Virus record (IMG/VR): IMGVR_UViG_3300021387_000072
Location: 1-64,000 of that record
Direction: 5' to 3' (one strand)
Length of the DNA: 64,000 bases
DNA from: a virus
Lineage: Duplodnaviria; Caudoviricetes
Shown: one piece after another, positions 10,701-25,700 of the stretch
Position numbering within the stretch: position 1 is the first letter of the stretch
Layout: each line of letters begins with the position of its first letter
Notes under the pieces: generated by a model
Database searches by the model: none
What the model was told of the DNA's origin: nothing
Seen by the model: the letters and a program-made list of their open reading frames with translations, nothing else
Program-made: the position numbers and the translations under genes

Positions 10701-13700
10701 CAAATTCTCTTGCCATACCATACAGATTATACGCGGCATTACTCTTTATATTAGAAGCAACTTCATCATACTTATCTTTAAATGGATTATCTGATTCTGA
10801 AGCACCAAGACTTTCAGACCAGCTTTCAATCATTTCTGCAAGCTGTTGAGCTGCAGTATCGCCAGTGCTTTTCAGTGCTTCTACTATAGAAGAAATATCT
10901 ACATCTGGTGTTGAAAGATTTTGATTATCAAGTACATCAGCATACTGTTTCAACTCTGCGTTAAAGAAATCTCTTACAGTATCATCAGACTCTTGCATCT
11001 GTTGTTCAAGCATTTTTCTTGCAAGCGCCTGATTGCCCTTAACCATATCAGCCGTCCAACCATTACCAAGAGCAGAAGCTATCTGTTCATATGTACTGGT
11101 AGAAGCTCTGCCTTGTTCCATTGCATCAAGAAGATATCTGTTGTTAGCGTTAGTACGACTCTGTGCCATGAACTGGCTTTGCAGACTATCTCTGCTGCTT
11201 TGACTACCGCTCCATGCGCCGAGGTAAGATACAAGCTGACTGTAATTATCTTTAGACTTATCAAGATCAAGCTGTTCAATCTCAGCAAGAAGATCTTCTT
11301 CATTACCGTAGTTTACATAATTACTCCAGGAACTGAGTTGGCCCAGGACAGATTGTGCATGCTGACCAAACACATTGTCTCGTTCATCTTCATGTGTCTT
11401 CCACCAATCAAGATACGCCGCATAGTAATTACTTGATCTGCTTTGATAAGGATTTGCATACGGTTCAAGCATAGCCAATGCCTGTTCATCAGTAATGGAA
11501 CCTTCATCTCTTGCTTGGATTAACGTATTAATATCAGCATGATCTTTTATATAGGTACTCCAGTCAACATTCTCAAGACCTTGCATACCTGCGAGAGCAT
11601 CCATTGTCTTTTGTCCGGCATATTGATTATTGCCAAAGATAGTCTGAAGACCAGTAAGTACACTACGTTCTTGTTGATTAGCAAAGTTTCTGCTTGCATA
11701 ATCAAGATTGGAATAGAAGGAACCAAGCTGATCATTGGTAGCCGGTGTATCGAATACAACTTCACCATTTTCGTATCTGGCTCCGATGGATTTTACAAGC
11801 TGTGCTATCTGAGGATTATTCTTTAAGGCATAATTGTATAATGATTCACTGTCCATTTCTAAGAATGGAGATGATCCTAATTGCAGCGTATCAAAGATAC
11901 CTTTGCCAACACCTGTAGTCCAGTTGCTGATGTTGGAATATACATCTGATTCAACATCAGTAAGATTTTGTTCTATGTTTTCCAGCGTTAAATCTTTTCT
12001 GTTGGTAGCAGCCTGAACAGCCTGAAGATTCTGATCAGTCAGTTCACCAGCTCTTATTCTTTCAATAGCTCTCAGTGCGTCACCATACGTCTTCCGTTGT
12101 GAGAGCACTGAAGACATGGTGGACGTACGTTCGCTATACGTGCCACCAAAGCCTTTAATAATAGAGGCTTGTGTTTCAGCCCAGTCAGTCTTACCGACAC
12201 TGCCAGTAAGTATCTGATTAACAAGATCAGCTATAATCTGATCAATGGATCCTACTCCATTAGTAATATAATCTGAGAAGCCAGCGACACCATTAAGATC
12301 TGAAAGTATCTGTGCATTGAATGCATTATCCTGATTAGAAAGAATTGAATCCTGATTATCTCTAAAGTATTTGAGAAGTTCCAACTGATAAGAAGAACCT
12401 TTACCAGTTACCGGATTAAGCATAGCATCAAACATCAGGTTACGGATATTAGCAGGAAGTGTTTCTTCTGATGCATTAAACAATATGTTGGCAAGGTCAT
12501 TACCTTCCATAAACTGTTTAATGGTTGCATCACTGAAACCAGTAAGAGTTGAGAGACTACCTTCAGCTCCGTTTCTCTTATTGCGCATAGCTGTAAGGAT
12601 AGTCTTTTGCATAGAATCACCAGAAGATAATCCATACAAAATACTAGAATAGATTTCAGAGGTCATTTCATTGAATTGATTTTCATCAAACAATACCTCT
12701 CCATTTTCTATACGCACATTAAGTTCTCTTATCGCACTCTTCAACATATCACTTACGCCAGTTCCGAGTGTTTCAATGATTTCATCAGTGTTCATGTCAT
12801 GTTCTAAATCTATTTTATTGATTTCAAAAACATGTTCGAAACCGTTAGCAATACCTTGAACATAATTCTTAAGAGTCGTGTTAATCCGTTCAGTTACTGT
12901 TTGCAATACTTCTTCAAAGTTTCCTGCATCAATTTCCCGATTTGCAAAACTTTGAAGTTCTGACAAAGCAGCAGCTTCGTTTTTCTTCATGTAATCATAA
13001 CTCTTACCTTGAGCAGTACCAGCAGCCAGGCTAACCTTGCTATATGTCCTTAGATTAGACATTAAACCAGCCAATGCGGAAGCCTGCTGATCATATGTAC
13101 CCAAGCCAAAGCTTGAGACAAAAGATCTTGTTGTATCTGCATAATCTGATTCGGCTATATTATCTAAATGCTTAACAGTCTCTATTGCTTTTTCAACATT
13201 ATATCTGTCGTTTACATCAGTGCTGCCACTGATAACTCTATCCAATCCAGCAAAGCGGCTGAGAATATTATTATACTGTTCTCCAGTAACACCGTTTGTA
13301 TCTTGCCATGATTTAGCGTTGAATGTGCCGCTATCAACTTGAGCAAGAATATCAGAAGCCCATCTAGCATACTGTAAACTGTTGGCAGTATCTGTTCCGA
13401 ATTGATATTTATTGTAAAGATAATCAGTGAATTTACTTATATTTTCACCATTCATCAGACGGTCATAATACTCACTGCCAAGCACTTCCTGCATATCAGC
13501 GATAGCCTGTATATCTTTAAGGTTATCTGATTTTGAAAGTGTTCCACGATCTTTGGTTCCAGTTATGATCTGGGATACGTAGTCTTTAACATTAGCAAGC
13601 TTTTCATCATTAGTTCTATATTTCTTGATACCAGTTTTCAGTTCATTAAGCTTATCAGTATCAAGAGTTCCATCTTTATACAGTTCAGTAAAACCGGATA

Positions 13701-16700
13701 GAGAACTAAGTTCTGAGAGTATATACCCCTCAATTAAATCATTTGGATTAAGGACGCCTTTTTTATCTTCATAATATCCAAGCAGTCTATTGTAATATTC
13801 ATTGTTTTTATTAAGTGTAGGATTCCTCATTCCACCTAATAACATGGCAGCAAAAGATCTATCGAGTGTTCCGTTTATACCGGCAGCATAGATGTTGGTT
13901 GCATTGGCGTTGCCTTCCATCCATGTCTGTGTTCTTTCATTATCAATACCAGTAAAATGATTCAAGCCAAACTTTGTGCCTGTGTTATTTAACTTCTCTA
14001 TCATACCAGAATACATAATGTCATCTATATTGCCAGCTTGATTTATACCGGCAAGTAATGAAGCTATAGTATCCTGGGAAATCTTTTGAATTTCGCCTTC
14101 ATCCCATTTGACTTTTCCGTTTTCAATTGTGAGTTTTAAATCTTCAATAGCAGTCTTAAGCCAATCTCCAACTGCGTCGCCCAATGAATCCAATGTGGCG
14201 AGAAGTTCAGTTGTACTCATATCTGTATTTAAATCAACTTTGCCAGAAAGCAATGACGAAAAACCTTCGTTAATACCATCTTCGAAATTCTTAACAAGCT
14301 CGTTATATGTTGATTGTACTGTGGCTTTCATCTGTTCTGCATTCGTTATATCTATATCAACACCAGTAAAGTTTTTAAGTATTTCAAGATCAGATGCTGT
14401 ATACGAACCTACACCAGCATTAAGTCTACGCATAGCAGCTGATGCTTTATCTATTTCATCATTCCTTGCTATAAGCTTTGAATACTCTGAAAGCTGTGTG
14501 CTGTACAATTGACCAGGCGTAAAAGCTTCAACGATGCCTTTAGATATATCAGAGTAGTTTGATTCTTTTATTAAACCAGACGCTATTGCGGCGTTTGTGT
14601 TACGCCTCATAGCGTCAACATCGTAATTTCCAGATTCAAGTTCTGTTTGGGATAACCCCATAAGCTCACGCATATTTCCAATACTTAATATGCGCTCTGC
14701 ATCAGCTTCGGAAATATCAAAATAGTTTGCAATATCTTTTGCAGAAAACTTAGCACCATCATGTTCATTTTTGAAGGCCATTAACTGTCGTGCATAATTA
14801 GCAATTTCAGAATCAGAAAAAGTGCTTACTCCATAAGCATATTGATTTGAAAGAGATCTTAATTCATTGTCACTGATTTTTTCTCCACGCGAAAGTCTTG
14901 CCGCAACATCTTCACCATAAACACTTATAATATCTTGTTGCATACGCTGGCGTAATTGTTCGTCTTCAGCAAGCGTAGTCCATGTCTTATTACCTGAGAT
15001 AATACTTTCTGCATTTGTACGTGCTGAATTCAGAATAGAATTCTTACTTCTATATTGTCCTACTGTTTTGTAATCAGATCCAAGAAGAGAAAGCTGATAC
15101 ATAACTGCATTTATATCATCTTGTGTAATAGTTCCAGCTTCATAATGCTCTGTCATAGTCTTCCATGCTGCATTTAAATCTGCACTCTTGGTGTCAGCAA
15201 GGAAGTTTTCAATATTTCCAAATGCACCAGAACTAAGTGCCTCATCTAAATATTTAACAGCTTGATCTGGTTTATAAAGAAGGTTTTGACCTGTTGCCAT
15301 AAATCTATATAAAGAATCAGCAAGAGATGTAAATCCATTCTTAGGTGTTATTGAATAAACAGAACTAATACCACGGCGTTTAGGTGTTTTATCATTACTA
15401 TCTTCGCCATTTGAATCTTCAGGTGAAGAATGTTCTGCCATATAAGCATCTGCATAATCAAAAAGATTGATTTGTTTAGTAGGTGTTATTTTATTATTGT
15501 TTAAATCTGTTTTGATTTTTTCTATAACACCGGATACAACAGTATTTTCATATCCAGCATCAGTTAAAATTTGTCTTGCTTTTGATTCATCTTGTGCTTC
15601 GAACTGTCCAGCTAATGTGTAGTCTCCAAGTATTCTACCATCTGGATCATCTTTAAAAATAGCTCGTATTATTGCAGCTAATATCTCACGAACATTTCCA
15701 TGCTTTGCATCTACTTTTTTATTACCATTAACTATGAAGTTATCGTAATTTGTAAATGTGACACCAGCATTTTGCATTGCATTTAAATAATCATTGATAA
15801 TATTAGCTAAACTATTTCTGCCTTCTATGGGCATGCTAGATAATTCTGTGCTTTTTCCATTAGCATCTACATAACTAGGCATACCTCTTAAATCTAATCC
15901 ATATAATATATCTGCTATTCTATCAGACCCAGTTTTTCCGTTATTAAGGACAAACGGATCCATTGCTGCTCCAAGAAGTTTAACTCCTAAATATGATCCG
16001 AATGATCTTGCCTCAATATCCGTGATTTCTTTTTGTTCTCTTGTTGTTTCAAACTCATTATTATTGTTGAAAAAGTCTGCCCACATTGCATTCCACAATT
16101 GTTCAAGCTGACGTTTATTAAATTTATCAGTTGAATCGGCTGCATTATCAAGAGCTTCCTTTGTTTTATTTGCGCTTGCAGCCATTTCTTCTATACTGCT
16201 AGACGCAGTATCTGATATTGCGCCAAGATTCTGCAATTCGGTTAATGCATTTTTCAGAGATACACTATCTTTTGCAGAAAGAAAACCTTTCTCGTCACGT
16301 CTTTCGTTTATTTCCGATGCACGTTGTTTTAAAGCTTTTATTCTTTTCGTATTCGCAGCATTTTCTGATTCTATATTATCTTGTACTTGTTCATATTGAT
16401 TATCGTATTTTGGCTGTGAAGAATTAAATATACTTAAACCGGCAACTGTTGCAGCACCAGCAGCAAGACCAAGTATTGGATGCCCGGTCATAAACAGCAA
16501 AAGCGTTGGAAGTAATGCAGCAAATGTAGTAAGAATACCCTCAAGACTACCCATACCGCTTGTAAGTTTTTCTACACCAGCAATAGCATTAGTAAGGAAG
16601 TCTATAAATCCAGTAAGTGCACCGCTGTCTGTGAGACTTTCAACAAGAGAATCAAATGTATTCTTAAGATTGGTAAGAGAAGCATTGAGACTATCGAGAT

Positions 16701-19700
16701 AGTAGCTGTACTTCTCATCTGTCATGCCTTCAGAATTTTCACTAAGCTTCAGATATTTATCAATAGCAGTAACACCATTTTCATCACGTTCTGCCATAGC
16801 AGACATAAGAGCATTGATATTAGAATACTGTCTCTGACCGCCAAAAGCATAAGCAAACTGTCCCTTACGAGCGGGAGAAAGATCATCCCACTGTTCAGCA
16901 ACAGCTGATAAAGCTTTCATAAATGGCAGGCGTTCTCCACCTTTATATATATCTACACCAAGCTGCTTGAAGATATTTGTAAGATCAGAGCCGGAGATCT
17001 CATTACCGTTCTCATCATACATGAGTTCCTTAGAACCAACCTTTGCGTAACGTCCCATGAATGTCTGCATTGCAGTACCGGCTACGTTACCGCCAAGCTG
17101 GGTATTAGCAGTCATTGCTGTAAGCATAGACACAAGCTCATTGAAAGAAACACCAACTTCACTTGCCGCATAGATAGATTTCTGCAGACCTTTGGTGATC
17201 TCAGCCGCAGTGGTGGCGGCTGAGTCACCAAGGGCTGAAATAACATCCATAGCCTGCTTGGCAGAATCAACCATGCCAGAATTCATTGCAACTGTAATGA
17301 GCTTAACTGCATCTGCTGCTTTAACGCCAGCTGTTGTACTGAATTTGATAACCTCATTAAGACGTTCTTCTACCTGAGTATCATCAAGACCTTGACGATA
17401 CAGAGCAGTGGCTGCTGATGTAACATCTTTAATAGGAGCTTTGAGTTTAACAGCAGTATCAATCAGCTTATCTCCAAGACCACCAATCTGTTCATCTGTT
17501 TTCAGAGTAACCATTTGAATCTCAGTCATAGCCTGATTAAACTGTTTGGTAAATTGAATAGCTTCTTGCATAGCTTTACGCCAAATACGAGTACCCAGAC
17601 GCTTTGCTATCATACCAACAGTCTGGCTGATAACAGAACCAATAGACTTAAGAAGATTAAAGGAATGATTGAACTGTTCCTGTTCTTTTCTTGCTCTTGC
17701 TATTGAATCCTGAAGCTTTTTATATTCCGCATCCAATGCCGCAATCTTTGCTTTATTAGATTCTACATTTTCACCTTGATCAACTTTATGTTGAAGCTGT
17801 TCTCTAGCATAATCTAAGCGCTTCATTTTTCCTTCATTGCTTTCGATTATGTTAGCAGCCTGATCCTTCATGCTTTCACGCCAGTTATACTCTTGAGCAA
17901 ATCTTGAAGCTATACCATACGAGCGAGTATATCTACGCATGGCAATATTTCTTTCAAACTGTTCTATCTGACGAGCAGCCTGATTGCCTGCAACGTTATA
18001 TTGATGCACATCCATATCAGTCTGAAGAGTATTTAATCTGCCAGCGTGTGCCATATCACGACTCTGATATTGAGCAAGAAGATTCTTTTCATAATCAGAA
18101 AGTTTTTCAACTTGTCCTTTTATATCTTTTTCTCTCTTCTGCATTGCTTCAATAAGTTTCTTGCCATCTTCAGAATTTTCATCTATCGCATTGCCATTCA
18201 TATCAGTCTTGCTTGTAAGATGGCTTTCTATATCAGCAGCTTCACTTGACAGCTTTGCAATGAGTTGCTTAACCTGATTCTGCTGCTTTTTATAATACTC
18301 CTGGACAGCTTCTACTGGTGAAAGATTTCTACCCCTCGTCAGTTGATCAATATTTATATCATTCGTAGAGATGTCAATATCAGATGCAGTACTGTAGTCT
18401 TGTGCGAGCCTCATGTTCATCTTCTGTTTTTCTTCATCAGAAGCTGCACTCTTACGCACCATCTCTACACCGCTCATGAGTTTATCGGTGAGACTATCAC
18501 TGCCATAAAACAGTGTATTTGTTCTACGTTCAATTTCATGTGTAGATCTGTAATAATCATTATCTTGTAAGGCAGTAAGCTCATCTTTTCTTTTTTCAAG
18601 CGCATCCAATTCATCAAAAACTTCTTGTTGTCTTGCAAGTGCTGCTTCAAATTCTGGAGACTTTTTATCTTTAATGGAGTCGGTCTTCTCACTCCACATA
18701 TCAAAATCTTTTTGTTTTTGCGTAATAGCACTTTCAAGTTTCTGTCTCTCAATAGCATGATTCCTTTGAAGCATATTAGCTTCAGTTGTACCGCGAGAGT
18801 TGAGAAGTTCATTCATCTGTAATGTACTATCAAATCTATCAAGACGTGCAAGAGAATATATATCATTGATAATACCTTCAGATTCATTGTACTGTCTATT
18901 GGCTTCGGTGTATTCACCTCTAAGAGCAGTACGCTTTCTTTCCATGTAGGAACGATTTGTCTGAAGATCAGTTAATCTTTTTTGCTCTTCAGCAGAAAGT
19001 GTAACACCATCATTAGGTTTTAATTCTTCTATTTGCCTATCGATATCTTTAATCTGTTGATTATAATTCTGTATTTCCGCAAGAGTTTTGTTTTTTTTAT
19101 TGAAGGCATCATTACGCTGATTAATTCTACGTTCATTCTCAGCATAAGCTCGACTATAATGACTCTCAAACTCACCGTTCTTTGACATATCCCAACGCCT
19201 GGCTTGAGAAGCCGTAGCAAAGTTGATAGCCTGTGCTTCGTTTAATGTATTAGTTCTGAAGTTACTATTGCGTGCGGCTTCATCTTCTCTTGCGTACCGT
19301 TTATTTCTTTCTTCCTGTTGAGGCAATGTATCAGTCATGGCCTTATTGAAAGATTCTTTAAGACCATTCATTGTCTGTACATACTTTTTCAGATCTTCAA
19401 GAAGAGAAGACTTTTCCGTTGACAGTCCAGTTGCTTTCTGCTCAGTTTCCAGTTGATCTATTTGATTCTGAACCTGAAGAACTTCACTGTTAATTTGATT
19501 TACAGTTTGCTGTGCATCAAGAATCTGATTCTGATACTGCTGAGCAATACGCTCACTCAAAGACATATTCTTGCCGCGAGTCATCTGGGCAAGCTTCTGA
19601 GAAAGAGAAGTAGTTCTTACTGAGATATTAGCACTTGTACCTTCACGAAGAGCTTTCATATAATTCTCTTCTTCTTTGCTTCTCTGCTCGTCAGTAAGAG

Positions 19701-22700
19701 TACTATCTTTGCTATTACGGATATTATCAATATTTATAAGACCGCTATGTACAAGAGATGCAATCCTTGACTCACCAGTACCATAAGCGTTGCCAACAAA
19801 GTTCATATAGAGATCACGACGCAGAGCCGCTATATCTCTTCTGTCACTGGATGTGGCTATTCTTTCTTCCGTTGCGTTACGCGCTTCAGTGGCAGCATCT
19901 CTTTGTTTTTCAAGTTCTTCTATCTGAGCTTGTATTCTGGCTCTTTCATTTTCCGTATCCGTATTTGTTCCTGAAGAAATCGGCTTTCCATCTGCTCCTA
20001 AAATTAACGAACTTCCTGGCGCTTGATAAGGTTCTTTATTCAGCTTGTCTAATTCATTTTGTTTTTCTGTGATTTGATTATTTAATCTTTCAATATCCAG
20101 ATCCTGACTATCTCTTTGACTATACAAGTTGTTAAGATTTGCTTGCTTAGATGCAATAGCATTAAGAATAGGATTGCTTTCACCAAATCTTTGATATGTA
20201 CCAAAAGCAGTATTCGTCAATCTATTTAAATCAGTTTGATCAGAAAGTCTGTACCTCTGATAGCGCATGCTGTTTAAGGAATAATTCAAATTCCTATTAG
20301 CTCTATCTCTGACTTCAGCTATTTCTTCTTGCTCTTCTCTCTTTAACCTATCGGGTTCTCTCAGTGCATCAATCTGCTTTTGATGTTCAATAAGACGTTC
20401 ACGTTCTTTTTCAAGATTGTCTTTAACATGTTGTCTGTTAGCACTAAGCTCTCCTTGAAACTCCTTAGAACTTAAACGTAATTCAATATCAGAGATAGCA
20501 TGCGAAGTATTAATCTTTTCTTGTTCAAGTTGCATGCGTCTTGCCTGATAGGATTCACGAACCTGTTCTTCAGGTGTAAGACTTCTTGATAAATTAAAGC
20601 TGTTAAGACGCTGTCTTCTTGATTCATCCTGCAGTTTCATATTATGTTCCATGGCAGCATGCAGTTCATTGTACCTTACTGTTTTATCGTAAGGGCTTCC
20701 ATGTTCCATAATCTCGCTAAGACCTTCCGTCATTGAAGAAAGTGTTTCTTCTCTGACACCCCAAAGACCTCTACGCCAGGATGCTTCTGTTTCCTTTGTG
20801 CGCTTTGTGCGATACTCATCAAGCTTACCTTTAAGAGCTTCTGCATCTTTTACATCCTGTTGTAATTCTTTACTTCTGGCTTGTTGTGCTTTTATCGTTT
20901 CTTCATCTTTTATTATCTTATTGCCTTGATCATCAGTTGCTTCAAGATCGCTTGCAATTCTCTTAATAGTGTCTGTCCGTGATGAAATATAATCTTCAAG
21001 ACTATCTGCTATACCATCAAAATATGAATCTACTTTATCAAAAGGATCTGCTCCAGATTTTGTAAAGTCAAGGCTCTTAAGAATTCTTCTTTCAGCTTTT
21101 CTTTCACTTTGAAGTCTTCTATTTGCTCTAAGCTGAATTCCTTTCACACCACGATCCTTGTCTTTTGTCATCGATTCAATGGCTGCTGTAAGATCATCAT
21201 ATATCTGTTGATCTTCTGCTTCGGTAAGAGACCAGTTTCCATCTTTATCTTCTGTGTATAATTTTTGCTCTTTACGTTTTGCTACAAAAGCGTCACGAAG
21301 TTTGCTGACTCTTTCTATATCTCTGTCGTATGAATCTATAAGATCTTGATCTTTAACAAACGATTCAGATACACCATTTACTTTTCTTCTAAAATATTCA
21401 GGAAGCATCTTGGCTTGATGCTTTGTATAGTTTGTAAAAGCCTTTTTTGTTTCTTCTTCTTTATCTATAACAGCTTTGTTAATGTTTCCGACAAAAGCTT
21501 GAAGCTCTAGATTATCCTTGTAATCATCTGCCCCTTGAACACCTTTAACAAAAATATCAGACTGACGCTTGAATGCATCCAACCAACCAAACATTGCATT
21601 GAAATGCTGTTCATCACTTGTTAACTCATCATTAAAACGGAGATCTTTCTTTAAAAAGTTTGAAAGTTCATTACCGTTATTAGCGACCTCGGAATACATA
21701 GTCTGAGCTTTTTCAAAACGCTCTCTTCTTTGTCTTGCTGTTTCCTGTATGTCCGCTGCTTTCTGAAGCAAAGCTACCATTGGATCTTCTGGAGGCTGTT
21801 CAGGCTGTTGTTGATTGTTAGAAGAACTTGATTGATCGCTCGTAGTATTTGCTTGTGAAGAAGTATTAGTGATAGTAGGTGTAGAAGTTTGTGGTGGTAT
21901 AGGTATTTTAATTAAACCATTTTCTATATCAGTGCGAACTGCGTTTTGATATTTCGCATACTCAGCCTTATCTATTGTGTCCCATGCTTTCTTTCCATAA
22001 TCTTGTGTGTAAGCAAATCTGATTTTTCTAAGATTATCATCTTGTGCAAAAGCATCATTTGTTTCTACCGCCTCTATATTTGACTGATATGATATGTTGC
22101 CTTGTTCATCTTTTACTTGCGTCAAAAACATTTTATAGGGGTCGTAGTAATGATCGCCTTCCCAAGCTTTTCTTGCAAATTCTTCAAGCTTATGTGCATA
22201 TGCCATAGCTTGCAGCAATCCTTTTTCTGCACCGTGCCAAGATGATTTATGGTCACCAACTATAAACTTACCGTTCGCTCCCTGTAATATATAGTCAGGA
22301 GCAAAACGAGACATAACTGGATTCCCTTTGCTGTCAAAAATACCATTTAATTCAAAAGGTATTTCTCCTTTTACAAGATCGTCAGCATTACTTGTCTTTG
22401 TTAGTCCAAGTCTTTTTGCTGTAGCTTCATCTACGTTTATCTTGCCTTCGGTACTTATTACATGTTCTCCATCCCATTGTTCTGAATCAAACGGATGGAA
22501 TGTATCACTCATGTAATTGAATAAAAACTGACCTGGTTGTTGCTTGCCATCTTTGCCAGAATAGATCGTATTAAGCTTTTTATTAATTCTTTTTGCTTCA
22601 CTTTTTCTTCCATCCAATGCTGATCTAACTCTGCCAGTTTTTTCATCGATTTTAAGTTCAGCAGCATCAAGCAATTCTTTTGGCTGTGAATTAAAAAAAT

Positions 22701-25700
22701 CATTCCACAAACCTGCAGTTTTTTCAGATGTCAATTCATCAGTAGGAAGTTGTGCCAGTTCATCCATTACATAACTTATGGCAGATCCAATCAATGCATC
22801 AGCATTAGTGTTTTCTGTATCGACCCAACCTTTTTCACCGGCATGCTGTGCTGCACGAATTTCAGCTTTTAACTGCTCTGCTCTATGAGCATTTGTATTT
22901 CCTACTCCGATGTTAACAGCTTTTTTATATTCTTTATCTGTTACAATATTATTATTGTTATCAAAAAAAGTCAGTCTATCTGCTGGCAATTGAAAAGTAG
23001 TTTCAGTTAATCCATTGCCTGCGATAAATGGCATACTTCGTGTTACTGTATATTCAGTATAATCTCTTGCGCTTAACAATTTGCCATTAGCATCTTTAAC
23101 TTTAGTATCAATAGGATCTTTTTCTATATTGGAAAGATTCCAACCTAAAAGTCTTGAATCAGCATAAGCTTTTCTTTCTGCTTCACTGGCTGATAATACT
23201 GTCTGTTGTTGCGCAGCAGCGGCATTCTGCTGGGCCGCTTGCTGCGCTTGAGCAGCTTGTTGCTCTTGAGCTGCTTGAGCTTGCGATGCTTGTTGTGCCG
23301 CCTGTTGCGCTGCTTGCTGTTCTGCTGTCTGCCGCGCTTGATCATATTCAGCTGCTTCCCGTGCTTGTTGCTGAAGCTCTTCTTCTCTGCGTTTTTCTTG
23401 TTCCTTCTGTGCTTTTTCATACCGCGCTCTCTGCATAACGGCTGTTTCATATGGGCGAGACAATTGCCGGTCTTCGCCAGCAAGAAACATATTTCTAGTT
23501 GCTGTCGGCATATTTTGATCTGTCAAAACCTTCTCATAAGTCATGCCGAAGTTCTTCAGATTTTCAACAACGTTTATGCCGCCGTCTCTAATATCGGCTA
23601 TACCAAGTTCTTTAAATAAACGTTGCGATTCAGCTTGCGCAGTTTTTATCTTGCCATTTTCATCTCTTAAATAAGTTTGATTTTCAAAATCATAAAGATT
23701 GCCATCAATACTTTTTTTACTGAGATTTTCTGAGATTTCTTCTTTTGCTAAATTTGCCGCAATTTGAAGCCTTTGCATATCTACATCTGATGTTAATATC
23801 TTCTCACCTGATTCGTTGGCTGGAAACAGTTGCATATACATATTCATGAAATTTTTAGTTCGTTCGCCAAGATCAGCATACTCTTCTGAATCATATATAA
23901 GATGAGTTATACCTTCAGATGCAGCATCGGTCATACTTTTATCCATATAAGGAGAAGCCCATTTTCTAAACAGAGCGCCTGATTGTGCAGCAGCACTGTA
24001 AAAAGATGGAAGATTTGTATGCATTAAGTTTATCTTCTTTAAAGCATCCATATCTACAATCACACCGTTTGATGCTTTAAAGTACCGTCTATCCCATTCA
24101 TCTGCTTGTTGCAAAGAAGACTTATCATTCAACGCACCTTCTGGCAGATTAGCTAAACGCATCCTTTGTGCTATTATTTTCTTTCTATCTGCCAATGTAA
24201 GATCTTCCAAATTGTCTACATTGTAATGCCTTTTTATATAAGTTCTATCTTTTCTATTAAAACCTTTAAAGTCTAAATTCCCTGCATCTCTGTCACTAAT
24301 ATGTTCCGGCTTTATATCATTTTTAAAATATCTTCCGAGAGGCAGGTCTATACCAGGAGTAATATCCAATAAATTAAATTTAGAATATTCTTTGCCAAGG
24401 TTTAATGAATTCCATGCATAGTCAGAAACTTTACCTTCACCTGGTCTCTTTGCAAGAGTAGACCAGTAGTTATAAGCTTCAGTACCTTCGAGACTTGATA
24501 AAATCAATTCAAGATTTGCATCATCTGATAAATCTGCCTGATTAACTCTACGAGCCATTGCATCAGCAAGACCCATTCGAATCTGTTGTTCGATTAAATT
24601 TTCAGCATAAGAACTCTTGATATTTTCATCATTTGGAATAGCAGTTCCATCACCTGTTTTAGGTGTCCATGTGAACATACCTTTTGTTGGTCTTCCGGCT
24701 TTCTTAACACGATCCCAGTGAAATTCCTGTGTCTCCTTAAACATCGGTACATACGTACCAATAATTCTTTTAATAAGGTCACCGTCAAGGTCAGCACCTT
24801 GAAGTGCATTCCAGTCTTCTTGACCAAGCATTACGCCACCAGTCTCAACAAAACGAGGAGCAAGGTTACCAATTTTCGATGAATCGTAATTATTTGCAAG
24901 AGCATCAAAAATTACACCAAGTTCTCTGGCTCTGTTTTTACCATAAACAAAACTGCCAATAGCCGTAGGACTTCTGCCAAATGCAATATATTCTTCATTC
25001 GGAACTGAGAAGTCAGCAACATTACTTATCTCTCTGCCATCTATATCTCTACTTCTTCGCAACAGCAAAATATCTTTAACACGTTCTTCGACAGCTTTTC
25101 TTCTATCTTCTGTTGCATCTTCTGCAATATCATATGTTGTTCCAAACAGTTTATTCCCATCTTTATCAGTCGCATTAGACAATGCTTCCTGTGCGATTTT
25201 TACAATACCGTCTGGAACACCATAAGCCTGATATAAAGCAGTAAGTGGATTCATAGAGTTTTCTATTATTCCAAATTCTTTGCCACTGAAATCAATCCAT
25301 TCATGACGTGACATTCTCTGTATTAATGAATCTCTATATTCTTTAATCTTTGTCTGTGCTTCATCTGAACCTATTAGCATTCTTGCTCTGTTCTCTGTTG
25401 CACTATTTATCTCTCTCGAAAGTGGATCATTGGGATCTTGAAAAACATATTTTTTAATACCTTCCAATGTATCCAATTCTTTCATTCTCTGTTCAAAGTC
25501 AGCACGTTGTCTTTCCTGCATCTCAGGACTTATGCGCATATATTCAGTCATTTGTGTTCCGAGATAATCAGACTTAGTACTGCGAGAATCGTAGTCAACC
25601 ATCTGACCAATTGGATGATGCCTAAGAAGTTCACCAGCTATATTATTAACACCAACAGCCAACATAGTTGGATCATTAGTTGCGTTTTGATCATACATGC

